Below, piece after piece: positions 14,626 to 27,081 of a DNA stretch of 64,000 nucleotides. Every line of letters starts with the position of its first letter. Within the stretch, counting starts at the first letter, position 1. Origin of the DNA: Lingula anatina (lineage: Eukaryota; Animalia; Brachiopoda); NCBI GenBank assembly GCA_051362555.1, contig CM120646.1, positions 10,168,001-10,232,000 of the forward strand, written 5' to 3'. The position numbers were made by a program, and so were the translations under genes. The notes under the pieces were generated by a model. The model ran no database searches, was not told the origin of the DNA, and saw only the letters and a program-made list of their open reading frames with translations.

Positions 14626-14930
14626 CAGATCACAATATTGGATAATTTGCCACCTCTACACAAAGAAAGAAAGCATCACATTTGATGTTTCATTGCGAGT
14701 GAATGAAATATTGCATTATTAAAATATTTGTTTTCATTAATTTTCACTCTTCTCATATCAGTTGCCAATAAACTATACTTAGTTACATTCAGTCAACTGA
14801 TAAGCTTATCACAGATATTTGCAGTTGGTAAGCTTCATTTTTTTCAAAATTAAAAAGAAATAAAATATAATTGACAAAATTGTTAATATTTAATTATATT
14901 CATGATGGTAATTTGGTACATTCTAAGTCT
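13431..14930. repeat. Diverged terminal unit of the array (about 4 monomers plus a diverged cassette containing (TA)n at ~14574-14622)
   Basis: Cassette-to-cassette distance is only 1,332 bp (12996 to 14328), and the cassette has many substitutions and indels relative to the HOR copies. Confidence 0.9.
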
Positions 14931-14934
14931 TATT

Positions 14935-16686
14935 GTACATTGTGCTCTGCCACCTCTTCACTGTTACTGCTTCTCCTCTTAAACTGTAAGAGCCCATGTA
15001 TCCATCTCTTGTATGTAGGTCAGATATAATCTCAACTTGATCCATGTGAATTTTGGGCTTTGTCGGTGTTTGGGTCAGGTGTGGTGTTCGTCACATTTCA
15101 CCCTTGTCCAAAATTTGCAAAATGAAATGCTAAATATCTCCCAATCTGAAGGAATTGCGGGAAAAATTTCTATGGATGACTGAAAGTGGTATGTGGAGAT
15201 TTAAAATATGCCCATTTAAGGTCAAATGGGCCAAAATTTTCTTAAAATGTTTTCTTAAAAAAAATTTGTGCTGATTTTCTGAAAGTAAACAGACCTATCC
15301 TATAATATTATGGGCAGGTATTACCCTTAGGGTCATCTTTCATCTTCGTGAGTTTGGGGTCAGTCGGTGCATTTTTATGGGAGAAGCGGCCATTAGATTT
15401 CTGAACTGAAAACTCTAATCGTGGAACCATAAATGCTAGAAACCTCTTGTTTAATGCATTTTATAGAGCTTGTCAAGCAGAACACTAGGGATGGTGTCTG
15501 TTTTTTTTGTTTTCCATATGGTATACGAGTTGCGCCATATCAGAATTTAAAGTACAATGTCGCAATATTCATTGGAGAAAATAAAATGTGAAATAATTCC
15601 AAAATTAGCAGAGATACCCCCCATAGTTACTATAGACCTTCAATAGGAAGTCATATACTGGCAATCTGTCAACTTGAGATTGACCTTTGACCTAATTTTC
15701 AATTTGAACTGAACTTTGCAACTTTTTGTCCCTTATATCTCCAAAACTGCCAGATATACGCCCAAAGTTACTATTGAACTTGAACAGGAAGTAATATACT
15801 GGCAATATGTGACCTTGAAATTGACTTTTGACCTTATTTTCACCATGAACTGAATTTTGAAAGTCTTCCACCCCCTATATCTCCAAAACTAGTAGAGAAA
15901 TGCCCAAAGTTACTATTGAAGTCATATACTGGCAATGTATGACCTTGAAATTTACTTTTGCCCACTTTTCACAATGAACTGAACTTTGCAAGTTTTCCAT
16001 CACTGTATCTCCAAAATTGGCAGAGATACACCCATAGTTCCTATTTAACTTGAATAAGAAGTTATACATTGGCAATCTAACTGTGACCTTGAACTTGACC
16101 CTTGACCTACTTTTCACCATGAACTGAACTTTGCAACTTTTCCATCCCTTATAACTCCAAAACTGGCAGAGATATTGATCTTCAATGGGAAGTTATATAC
16201 TGGCAATCTGTGACCTTGAAATTGACCCTTGACCTACTTTTCACCATGAACTGAACTTTGCAAATTTTCTGTCCCTTATGTCTCCAAAATTGGCATGCCC
16301 ATAGATACTACCGAACTTGAATAAGAACTCATATGTTGACAGTATTCCTGTGACCTTGAATTTGACCTTTTACCTACTTTTAGCCATGAAGCGCACTTTC
16401 CAAATTTCCAAGCTCTGATATATACAATTGAACTTGGATGGGAAGTCCTACATTCTCATTCTTACTGCAACCTTGAATTTGAACTTTTACTTCTCCCCAC
16501 AATTTGTTATAAATTGTAACACATGTATTCTTAAAAAAATTGAGAACTCTTGTTTACTGCATTTTGTAAAGTATGTCAAGCACAACACTGTAGGTGGTTT
16601 CCCTTTTTTTGTTTCTATAAGAATGTGCTTACTCCAGCTGGTGGTACAAAACCTGGAGGCGGTATCCCCTCTCTGACCCTCTTGTT
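14935..16686 (+). mobile_element. Non-autonomous Helentron/HINE-like insertion with internal ~142-bp tandem repeats (15600-16490)
   Basis: Interrupts the 193-bp monomer tract. About 6 units rich in TGACCTTGA/TGACCTTTGACC, with landmarks at ~15601, 15743, 15885, 16013, 16159, 16286. The 3' end has a short GC-rich hairpin followed by CTCTTGTT. Boundaries approximate. Confidence 0.55.
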
Positions 16687-17520
16687 TTCACCTTTCTCAA
16701 ATGAATTGTGAAAAAAAAACACTTCAATTACACATAGCAGATTAACTTGTTTCATGTTTTTTATTTAAACTTAAGTGGTATACATTTCACAAACTTTGGG
16801 CTAGATTTGTCAAAATCATTAACTTTTAACTATTTTCATCAATGGAATTTGCCAGTTTTTAAAAGTTGTTATCAGTTTTCTCAAATATGTTGTCCTAAAT
16901 ATTACTTTCATTACATACAGTTAACTGATCAGCTTATCTTATTTCATTTGCTAATGAAGCCACAGTTTTACAAGTTTCACAAACATGACAGTACATCTTG
17001 AAGAGTTATTTTAATGTTAAAACGTATAACTATTTTAATCTGTTGAATTTGGCAGTTTTTTAATGTAATTTGCACTCTTTTGAAATATATTTTTAAAAAG
17101 TTCACAACTACACAGTCATTAGTAATCACACAGTGTAACTGATGAGCTTATCACATTTCTGTTGTTGTTAAGCAGCATTGCAAGTACAAAAGTATCACAA
17201 ATAATGGACTAGATTTGTCAAAATTATCAATGCTTTAACTATCGTAAGCCATGTAATTTGCCAGTTTTTTAAATGTAATTATCAGTTGTTTTTTTTAATA
17301 TATTGTCCAAAAAAGTTTTTCATCATACACAATCAACTGATAAGCTTATCTCAGATTTACAGTTGTTAAGCTTCGGTTGTACAATGTCACAACCATTGGA
17401 CTTGATATGTCATTATTATTAACATTTTACTGTTTTTATCTACGGAATTTGCCAGTCTTTTAAGTCTAGTTTTCACTTTTCTCAAAAATTCACTTCAATT
17501 ACACACAGTCAACAGCTTAC
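16687..17520. repeat. Old, highly diverged 193-bp satellite monomers (array margin)
   Basis: Recognisable AACTGAT(G/A/C)AGCTTATC, GATTTGTCAAAAT and GGAATTTGCCAG motifs with many mismatches. Confidence 0.85.
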
Positions 17521-17734
17521 CTCAATCATAATCAAGTTGCTCTTTCTAGACTGAAACACCGATGTAGGTTCAACGTTTAAAAACCAACCTTATTAGATTT
17601 TTGCTCACGTACACCTGTACATACACTGTAGATTCATGTGTGGACATACAAAGACGTAGATGTCATATACAACTACATGTAGTATGTTGATATCATAATG
17701 TGGTAGGTACTTATTGCAACAGAGACGATTATAT

Positions 17735-17753
17735 TTTCCTCCAGGTGGCGTTA
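17735..17753 (+). promoter_or_regulatory. Candidate CTCF site at the satellite boundary
   Basis: TTTCCTCCAGGTGGCGTTA resembles the bilaterian CTCF core CCASYAGRKGGCRS; motif match only. Confidence 0.3.
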
Positions 17754-18854
17754 AAGTACTGCCCAGTTTGTCAAACATGGCGAAAACTGTTCAGATAAAA
17801 GCAGTGGACCAATTTAGAATCGCCATTGACCTACATAATATTATTTCATTTTGGGTGTTTTCTTCTGGTTTGTTTTTGAAATATATCTAACACAAATGCA
17901 CTATATATATACATTTTGATTTTAGTAAATTGTTAATTAAGTTTTGTTCGTCAGATAAGGGTGAGCGTTGGACAGAAAAGCTTTAGCCCCTCCCCCATAA
18001 CGCAAATTGAACCTACTCACTGGGAAGAGTTGTTACACCTTACGTGATCAGGGAGTGGATGCGAGGCGATCTGGAAACTAAGTATACGAATATTTATGTT
18101 TCAACCTATTCAGTATAACGTTTCAATGTATCAGTGTTAGGGATTTAATGTTCACTTATTTGTAATTTTATAAGAAGTACAAATGTATTGTGACGCGTGC
18201 ATGCATAAAAATGGTTTGGCCATTCCCCAGTGTTTCCCCCACAACATTGTGCTTCCTCCATTACATCACCTTATCACGTCCTACGGAAATGATAACTATT
18301 TCGAACTTCGTTAGTAGAAAAAGTATCGTCAGTTGAAGACGTACCAGGAGAATATTTACAAGAAGCAGACAAAAAGGGAAAATGCTGTGGAATCTCCCAT
18401 TTAAATTCCTATTTACTGACATGTAAATATTTATAGTAAGCGGTTGGAGGTCGAAATAAAACGATCATAACAGACAGTAGGTGCACTGTATAAGTATTAA
18501 ACTTCTAATTTCGGCACGATTTCACTAGTCCAGTTGTACTATTTCAGTCCGTTGAATATATAAGTTGAATTATAGCTACACTGTACAGATTTTTGTGTGA
18601 CGGGAGCTTTAAAAATTGTGGCTTCACTGGCCAACAATGTAAACCATACAAGGCATAGGGCACAACTGATAGCGCAAAATACTGCTTCAAACAAATGTTA
18701 ATCGTTCTGTTGATACCTCATGTCGATACCTTTAAAATAAAGCATTGGTACTATAAACATGTTATTTTTAAGACTGCGTGATCGTCAGATACAGGTTTGG
18801 TTCATTTAAGTAAAGATATCTGCCCCTTATGCCTTTCAACGTGCTCTATTCTCG

Positions 18855-19013
18855 CAGGCCCGTAGCCAGGGGGGGTTCGAAAGAACCGCCCCTCTTGCTG
18901 GGAAAAGGTCCACTCTGGGTAAAATTTGAACTAGGTACATGAAGTTTTTATGGAAAAGGGTCCACTTTTTCAGAAAAAGATCCCCCCTTTTGAAATTGCT
19001 GGCTACGTGCCTG
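18855..19013. mobile_element. MITE with 15-bp TIR and 5-bp TSD (hAT5-like)
   Basis: CAGGCCCGTAGCCAG ... CTGGCTACGTGCCTG, flanked by TCTCG on both sides (18850-54, 19014-18). Confidence 0.8.
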
Positions 19014-20316
19014 TCTCGTAAGACCTTCAAGTTTGCCGCCGTGGCCTTTGTTAAATGATACTACAATAATGATTACCCTCTACCAGGGCCACAGATTGAT
19101 TTTTCACTAGATACACGTTTTCACAGATTTGTTTCTAGTTAAACGATGGGACTTTTCTGACCTGCATGAGTCAGAGAAAAGTGCACATGAAATCAGCGGC
19201 CCTGAGAGATTGTTATGATACACGCGACCAAGAAAGTTCGGAAACGTGATATTGTTTTTTAATAATCGGAAAAAATATTTGATGTGTTGGGAAAATTTTC
19301 TGAGTTAATAAAGATTAACAAATGGTGGGTTTATTATCCACCAATATTTGGATAAAATATTTACCGTAACTAATAATGGTTATTTTATAACTATTCAAAA
19401 TAACGATGTTTCCGAACCTTTTAGGGCGAAAGTACCAGCAAGGTAACGAGTGGTGACTTGGCGTTACGTTGTCGTGCGAATAAAATATGCACAAATATGG
19501 AAACTTTTGATCGTCGAGATCATCATTTTTTCAAAAGACAAAAGTGACTGTTTTGAAAGATTATTTGGAAGTTACAACAATTTACTGATATATTTTCCCA
19601 ACAGCGATTTTCTATATTTTTTCCTTTTTCCACGTTTTTTGCTATGATAATAATAAATAAAATAAATCATGTAAATATAGAAATAGCCACAAGTTATTGA
19701 TCTTATTAGTCAGTGACGCACATTTTGTGTAATAATTGATGAACTGCTTTATATCTCTTTAATTACTGTCAATTTCTCAAATTTGTTCTGAAATTTTTTG
19801 AAATGCTTGTAGATATTGATAACACCAAACTATAAACGAGTAGTTAAGTTGACCGTTTATTGGTGAAATGTAATACATTTGTTGTATATGTTACACCTTT
19901 GAGATATAACTTTGTCTTACATGCATGTCTTACGGATATTCAAAGTGATTAAGTAGTGATTTAACTGTTCTTAAACTTGCTAGTTTTACAATAAAATGCT
20001 TAAATATAATTAATACGTAGTTGTTTGGAATTGAATAAATACTTTCCAAGTATACAAAATGTCTTAGTCTTATTTCTTTGACGGTTGTATTGCTCAGCGG
20101 CAACCTGGGGTTGGGCTTCGACCTTGGTTTACGTTTCTAAAATTTCTTTAAAGTATTGGGATTTTTATTAGAAGTTTACTTTGGTTACTACAATAATTTC
20201 ATTGACCCAGTGGTACCCCTCGGGCACTTGGAAATCATTGAATACTTTTCAAGGGGCTTTACAGAAATTTCCTTTTGGTTACTATAAGAGGAAAGTCTTC
20301 TCGAGGAGGGTGGGTG

Positions 20317-20389
20317 GGAACAGTTAGAGGAGTAGGTAACACGCTTGCCTCCGAGTCAGAAAGTCCCAAGTTCGAAACCTGGCGCTCCT
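20317..20389 (+). pseudogene. tRNA pseudogene or tRNA-derived SINE head
   Basis: A-box-like TAGAGGAGTAGG; T-arm CCAAG-TTCGAAA-CCTGG; mismatched stems; followed by TTTT and an A-run. Confidence 0.55.
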
Positions 20390-22839
20390 GGGTCCCAGCA
20401 AATTACCTTTTGCAAAAAAAAAAAATTCAAATAAGCAAGGTAAACTAATACAAGAGGCTCTACAGGTAAGACAACAGACATGTGCACTGGAGAACGAGAG
20501 TTCGAATAGAGCTAAAGGGAACAGAAGGTGAAAAATGAAAAGGATTTCAACATACAAATATCTGTACATTATTTTCTTTATTTATTGTTTCAACAAATTC
20601 CAAGTAATTTCAACGAAGTTTTATACAGAACAAAATACGTGAAGTTACGTTTTTTCTACATTGATAGCAATCATTACAATAGCGTCAAATTTCTAACAAA
20701 TTATGCTTTTACAAAAAATACAAGAAGTCTACCAGATAGTAGACTAACTAACACATATGAAGGATTTTATGCACTTTGGAAATTGCTGCTCAAACAACAA
20801 ATTCTTTTTATTTATATAAAAGAGAATTTCGACTTAATTCTTACCAAAACAAAATTCATATTAAAAAATTGACCAGGACTGTTAGATAAATTGAAATCAT
20901 ATCGTACTTGTCAAACTTTGTTCAAAGTTGACGTTAATAATTGATCACTAATTCCATTGAGGAGCAAAGTGTCCAATCTCAGTGGTGTGAATGATATCGA
21001 AATTCCAAAATGCATATAATCTCACATCTAGGCGACTTCCCCTCACGTGCACTCGCACACACGCACACCTTGTTCTATGCCGTCGTGCCGATTCTCGCAC
21101 AGAAAAAGGTAGACAAAAATAGTCATTTTTAAGAATCGAGTGTTTTACCTTATTTTGTTTTCATTTCATTACATCCTAATATTGGTATGACACGAGTTTG
21201 AGCGAAAACTTAAATTTGCACACATGCGAATCAAGAACGGCATAAAGACATGGTTCATTTCCAAGCTTATTCTAGTCATCACATTTTTTTTTAATTTCTT
21301 AAAAGAAAAATATACAAACAAAACTGAAAAGATTACGCAAAAAAAAAAAACGGTGACTTAAGATTCATTAATTCATAAATGCTAATACCCTTACTCTGGT
21401 CTCCGGTGTTCAGTGATAAAGAAACACTTAAATAAAGCAAAAATACCCCCAACAGGACGTGCTGGACTGGCATCTAATATGACCTTTCCCCTCAATCACC
21501 TCTCAACCAAAGAAATATCAATTAATAAAGCACTTCGAACAAAGTACATAAGTGAAAGTTACTTTAACCCCCCCCCCCAACTTTTTGCGACGACTGAAGC
21601 AATCAATTTTAATTGCACGATGAATTTTCGAAATTAAAAATGTAAAGGTTGTGATAAATGTCAGTCCTACATAGATATTTTTATGCATATGAACAATAAA
21701 GTTTTTCAGGATAGCACGTACATTTCTGCTTTGCGATATTGGCAAAAAGTCCAACAACACACAAATGAGCTCATGCAATGCTTAACATGCGTCACAAACG
21801 CCACGTTTTAAAAGAGGATCGTTTCTAATACATGGGCAATTCTGCAATCACGTGGACAAATTTTATCTTTTTCATAACGCTATAATTCCCAAAGCATTAT
21901 AACTTGAAGTACAGTGTTTGTAAGTAAAATTAACAACTTTTCTTTTCTCAAACTTAACACTCAATATATGTAACCGTTTATCTCTCATAAGTTTCATGTA
22001 ATAAAGATGAGATATTTTTCTTCTTGAAATTTCTCAGAATTCAATTCAATTCAAAATATTTAAAATATCCTCAAATGCACAGCTAAGTGGCTAACTGAAG
22101 ATTTGCCCACAGAGAAATTTTACCTTCAACTAGAAGGAACAGAAACAGTACTCTGCCTAAAATCGCCTTATAATAATGATAACTATCATTTTTGTTTTCA
22201 ACCATCACTCCAGCAAATACTTTTTGCATTAAAAATATTTTGTCAAAGGTGAACTCCAAGCCGTATTTTTGTTTGAGAACTGATGGGTTCCTCCTCCTGA
22301 CACAATAATAAATATATACAATAAATAAAACACCTTGAAACGATATGAGCAGATAGAGTGCTGTACTACGATTTAGAAAGAATGTATAATATATAACTTA
22401 ATAACCAGGGTCGACACCATCCATTTCTTTCTTTTTCTCTGATCAGAAGTTTCGTTAAAAAATTCTTGCTGCGTGCAAAAATTATTTTGATACAGAATAT
22501 TGTTATCCAAGACAAAAATTACATTTCATATCAAATGTCAATCCTGCAAATAAACTACAAAACAAACTTCAACAAGCGAGACAATCTTGGCATGGCTGCG
22601 GGCAATGTCCAACATGAATCTGATGTCTTTAATCGGCTATGCATCCTATCATCCGGTAAACAGCAGTTGGGAGCCACTGAAATAAACGAAGAAAATAACA
22701 TTCACGACACGGTAATATGTATATATCTTTAGCATGCTATTTTGGAAAACATGCGATTATGTTAACAAAACACTATTGTGCCATTCCTATTCTTTTCTAC
22801 TCTGTGCACACTGTTTAATGACAACATCCTTCTTTACGT

Positions 22840-23810
22840 AAGATGTCATACGAAAGGACCAGGTGCCCGGATTACGGAGATATTCACGGAAATGAAAGTC
22901 AGTGAATGAAAACATTTGGCAGATGGGCCCAATATAGTATAAAATTGACAGGATCTTTAAAAAAGTCATTATCTAGGCACGTTTTCACTGACCAAGCCAG
23001 GGTTTTCAGGGGGAGGGGGCGAGGATACATTAGCTGGATTTCGTCTAGTTTCGTGCCATTTACAATTTTTTTGCACTTTTGATTTGTTCTTGTTTAAATT
23101 TGTTAATTTGGAAGGTAGAAGGGATACCTCTTAAATTAAGGGAAGGACACTGTACCAGCCCCCCCCCCCCCAACCCCCCACCTACCCCTCACCTCCCCAA
23201 TCTGGTCCCGTCGTTCCCAGGAATGCAATGACACAATAGTTCAACATCTTGTTACTGAACTTGCATTTGTCTGTTTGAAGTTTACTTTCATATACAAGAT
23301 ATTTTTGATACTTTGAAAACAGGTCAATGACCTCGCCAATAAAACAATTAGGAGAATGGAGTTACCTGCCTATTCGTCTTACTTGTTGAGGACTTGTTCA
23401 GACCTTTGGACAGCTGCAATAAGCCCCTCACTTCCTCATTGGCAAGTGCGTTCCTTCCCTGAAATTACAGAAAATAAATCATTCAAACTTTGAGCTGATT
23501 TTGAAATTCTAATGGAGAGTGTATTGGACATAAGTGCAATGTTCCCACAGTCATAAGGACTAAAATGTCCCTGTGCGAAACGCATCATTTGGGCAAACGT
23601 CGTCTACACAAAATACACAACGTTATCTTATATCATCTATACAATACTACGGCAGCTTCCTGTCATTTTCTGTGCTAAATTTCTGGTCTACATGTGGAAA
23701 TAGCATCAACGTACCAAGAACCTCTGTCTTCTCCATCTTCTACTGACCTTGGTCCTACCTGAACACTTCTCACCGAAATGCTCACCTGTATTACATAATA
23801 ATGTACAGGG
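22840..23810 (-). ncRNA. Putative spliced non-coding locus, copy 1 (exons 23785-23715 and 23458-23366)
   Basis: Canonical AG/GT boundaries (atacag|GTGAG, TTG|gtacgt, tttcag|GGAAG, CAG|gtaact). Homologous to 44480-49070. No ORF is conserved across the two copies. Confidence 0.4.
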
Positions 23811-26046
23811 CACCCGCTTTTTGAACGCAAGTTTCGATTTAAACTTGTTTTTGTTATTTGATATGGCTCAAGGGGTCCTAATCCCGGGATGATGATTTAG
23901 GCTTTCTACCATCATAATGGCGAATATAATAACATCTTATCAACCATTAAGTTTGATATCAAATTATTTGGCTATGTTTCATCCCCCCCCCCCCCCAAAA
24001 AAAAAAAGTTACCTGCACCGATTGTGTTAGAGAAGACAAGATGCGTTTTTTGTTTACCCGATTTGTACAGAACGTTAAAATTAGTGACAGCGTTTATTAG
24101 GACCTAGAGTGAGTACAGCTTAGTTGACTAGAGCTGTCACAGCTAGGATTGACTTAACAGATGTGATTTATAAAGTACATTAGAGCAAAGACTAATACTG
24201 ACTCAAACTAAGTGTACATTTTCTCACCTCCCTCGGGAGGATACAGCCCAGCTGCCGTATGAGAGGGTACCATTGAGGAGGGGGGGGGGTGTGATCACAA
24301 TTCACGGGAAATAAAATCATTATTTCACACATCACAGTAAATAAAACTTTATTCATATTTCACTGAAGATGCGCGAATCACGAATCACCGTGCATAAATA
24401 TAATGACTTTGTCACACGAATAACGGAAAATAAAAAGCCGTTTTATAAAGTTTCAAATCTTTTTAAACTTTGTAAGCACTGCTAAAATCGATTATTGAAA
24501 ATTGTTCTTTATTACTTTCACCTACATGACTTAATTCTTTTTCCTGTCACAAGAGACTCTTTCAAGAATACATCTGTAACGGTCTAGTTTGTTTCTGTAA
24601 TTTGAAAGCATTTCCCCTCAGGAAATATACTCTTTCTTCCTCTTTTTCAAATATCTTAATTTTTTTTTCAAAGAAGTTCCACCATGCAATCATTCAAGAA
24701 TTTCTCCAATTAACGTTGTCTTGAAGATGACACCTAACGCCCCTAGGAAATATAATCGTTCGTCCCCTTTTTACAAAATCTGTAATTTTTTTCAATGAAA
24801 TTGTTGAGAACAGAGAATTCTGAAAAGTTTTTATGTACTGCTGCCATGGTAACGCTCTAAGGGACGCGGTGGCGCCCCGAACTTAAGCAGTGGGATAAAG
24901 CTATTTAGAAATCCACGACTCTTGTTGCTTACTTCTTCTCGATCGGTAAATATTAAATCGAACCTTACACCTCTACAATTTTACATCTTCATTCTCTGTC
25001 TGTTTCTTATCTTCTATCTTTCTCTTATTAACCTAGTGGGGGGCGAGGGACAATAATCTAACCGAACCGAAATGGTGCATGCCGTAACCTGTTGCGTTGC
25101 GTCCAGTGTTAATACTTTTTTGGTATTTTAGAAGACGAACGGTGCCTTTCGGTACCCCCTGAAACCCCCCTTAAATCCACCACTGTTCTTAGACAGCATT
25201 TTTACTTGATATCTTATTATATTATATTTTCTTCCATGTCATCATTTCAGATATAATAATAATAATAATAAAATTTTATTCGAGGTTGAGCATTATAACG
25301 CAAGCGAATAACACATTCTGCCTGCACTAAGTGAACTATTTATTTGATTTTTCAATCAACAACCAATCACTTTCATTGTGTGACCTCGCTGAACAAGCAG
25401 CAGGTTATATGATACAAAAACAGTACCAGTGGGTTTACGCTTTTTGAAAATCTCAAAATTGGGGAAATTTTAATATTAATAAATTAAAATTATGTCAGTT
25501 GGTCCCGTATGTAACTGAAAATAACACATTGCAGCAAGCAGTCAATAATAAACTAGTAGGTTAATATAACACTATATAACGGCTCTGATGGCCAGCATAA
25601 AAATTCAAACTACTGCTTTACATAAATTTCAGGACATTATTCAGTATCGTAATAATTGCTTCATGAATTCTAGACATGAAAATAAGCTTGCGCGTCATAC
25701 TGCTGCAGAGAGTGGTCATTTCGGCTCGTTTAAGAAAACCCACGTGTAGCACCAACCTAACAACGTCAGGATGACGGGTCCTTAAGTTGGCTTAATAAAC
25801 ACTTAGCGTGATTGAAAAATAACATTAAGAACATAGTGAAGTTATTGTAGCTGGTAAACGTATTTCGTCTTTCTGCAACCCAACAATGCTCTGTGAATGC
25901 AACTTTTTTTCTTTTAATTTCGCTTGCGCGATTACCAACTATTCTCAGATAGGACCCGTACAGGTTCATTGGGGTGGGTAGTGACAGTGACAGTGGGTCT
26001 GACGCCATATTCAGACTTTTGAGACGTTATGCTATGTGCCGCCGTT

Positions 26047-26255
26047 CCATTTCCTTTATAGATGGATTTTTCCTATACATGCATCTCCATACTTTTTCAT
26101 CGTTCTTCTTGTAGTTCGGGGTAATTCAATTCATTAAACCATTAGATGGGTTGACCAAAAAAGACAGCTCCTCAATATAGTCAAAGATAGACAACTGATG
26201 TTCTTGGGCCATTCCATCAGAAAAGAGGGATTGGAGAATCATGGCCTTGACAATT
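26047..26255 (+). mobile_element. Decayed RTE-clade LINE fragment
   Basis: 26159-26250 translates to KRQLLNIVKDRQLMFLGHSIRKEGLENHG, matching the RTE C-terminal RQL.FLGH..RK.GLE motif. An upstream piece appears inverted. Confidence 0.55.
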
Positions 26256-26785
26256 TTGACACCTTTGGTCAATGGCGAGAAATGGAAACCTTTGGCAAAA
26301 TATCAACTTTCGTCAAACGCGATGGCACACAAAGAAGATAGCCTTTAGAAACGCTACAATATTATTATCAACTGACGTATGTTTAGAGGTTGTGGGCAGT
26401 TTTAAAGAAAAAAAAAAGATTCTTGTATTATGATATCAAGTAAACCAATTAGATAATTTTGTTCTCTATTTGACTTGCTTTTTCTGAGTCTTTTTCATTA
26501 CGTAAAACAATTTTAACCTTTCGACTTGTATCAACCGCATGTATCAGTCCCTCTTTGTGAATTGCCATATTTCAAATATATGGATAGTAATAGATTTATC
26601 GGTATAAAAGATAGAAAAACATGTCATCACTGCCCATAACTTATCAGGTCATTTCTTCGAGAACATCCCCGCCCCCCCTTTCAAGCTCTGTCTTCACTAA
26701 CACAATTGGGTAATATTTATGGCGGTCGTCACAATCATGGTTGAGATAGCATCAAACTCATAACAGCTTGACAGGCGGTGGGCTT

Positions 26786-26799
26786 ACACACACACACAC

Positions 26800-26830
<31 letters not shown>
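26786..26830. repeat. (CA)n microsatellite
   Basis: Direct observation. Confidence 0.95.
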
Positions 26831-26836
<6 letters not shown>

Positions 26837-27081
26837 CAGTGGCGATTTTAGGGGGTCAAGGGGGTCCTGACCCCCTTGAGTTTCTGAAAATATATCATAC
26901 CAATATTCCCTTCTTGGAATTTTGACTAGCTAAATCATAGTTCTAAACCGTACCAAAGGGCTCTGTTTTCTCTTCAAAACACCATTTTTTGTCGGGGCCG
27001 TTGAGCAGGCCCCAAACCCCACACCAAGGAGGCGATGGTCGGTTTCGCATCCCCCTTTTTATAATGCTGGATCCGCTCCTG
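26837..27081 (+). mobile_element. MITE of the CAGTGGCG...GGATCCGCYCCTG family (related copies at 38122-38429 and, inverted, ~49243-49512)
   Basis: Shared core GAATTTTGACTAGCT.AATCATAGTTCTA.ACCGTA and short imperfect TIRs. Confidence 0.75.

Noticed and set aside
20317-20389. Functional tRNA gene
   Set aside because: Mismatches in the acceptor, anticodon and T stems; better explained as a pseudogene or SINE head.
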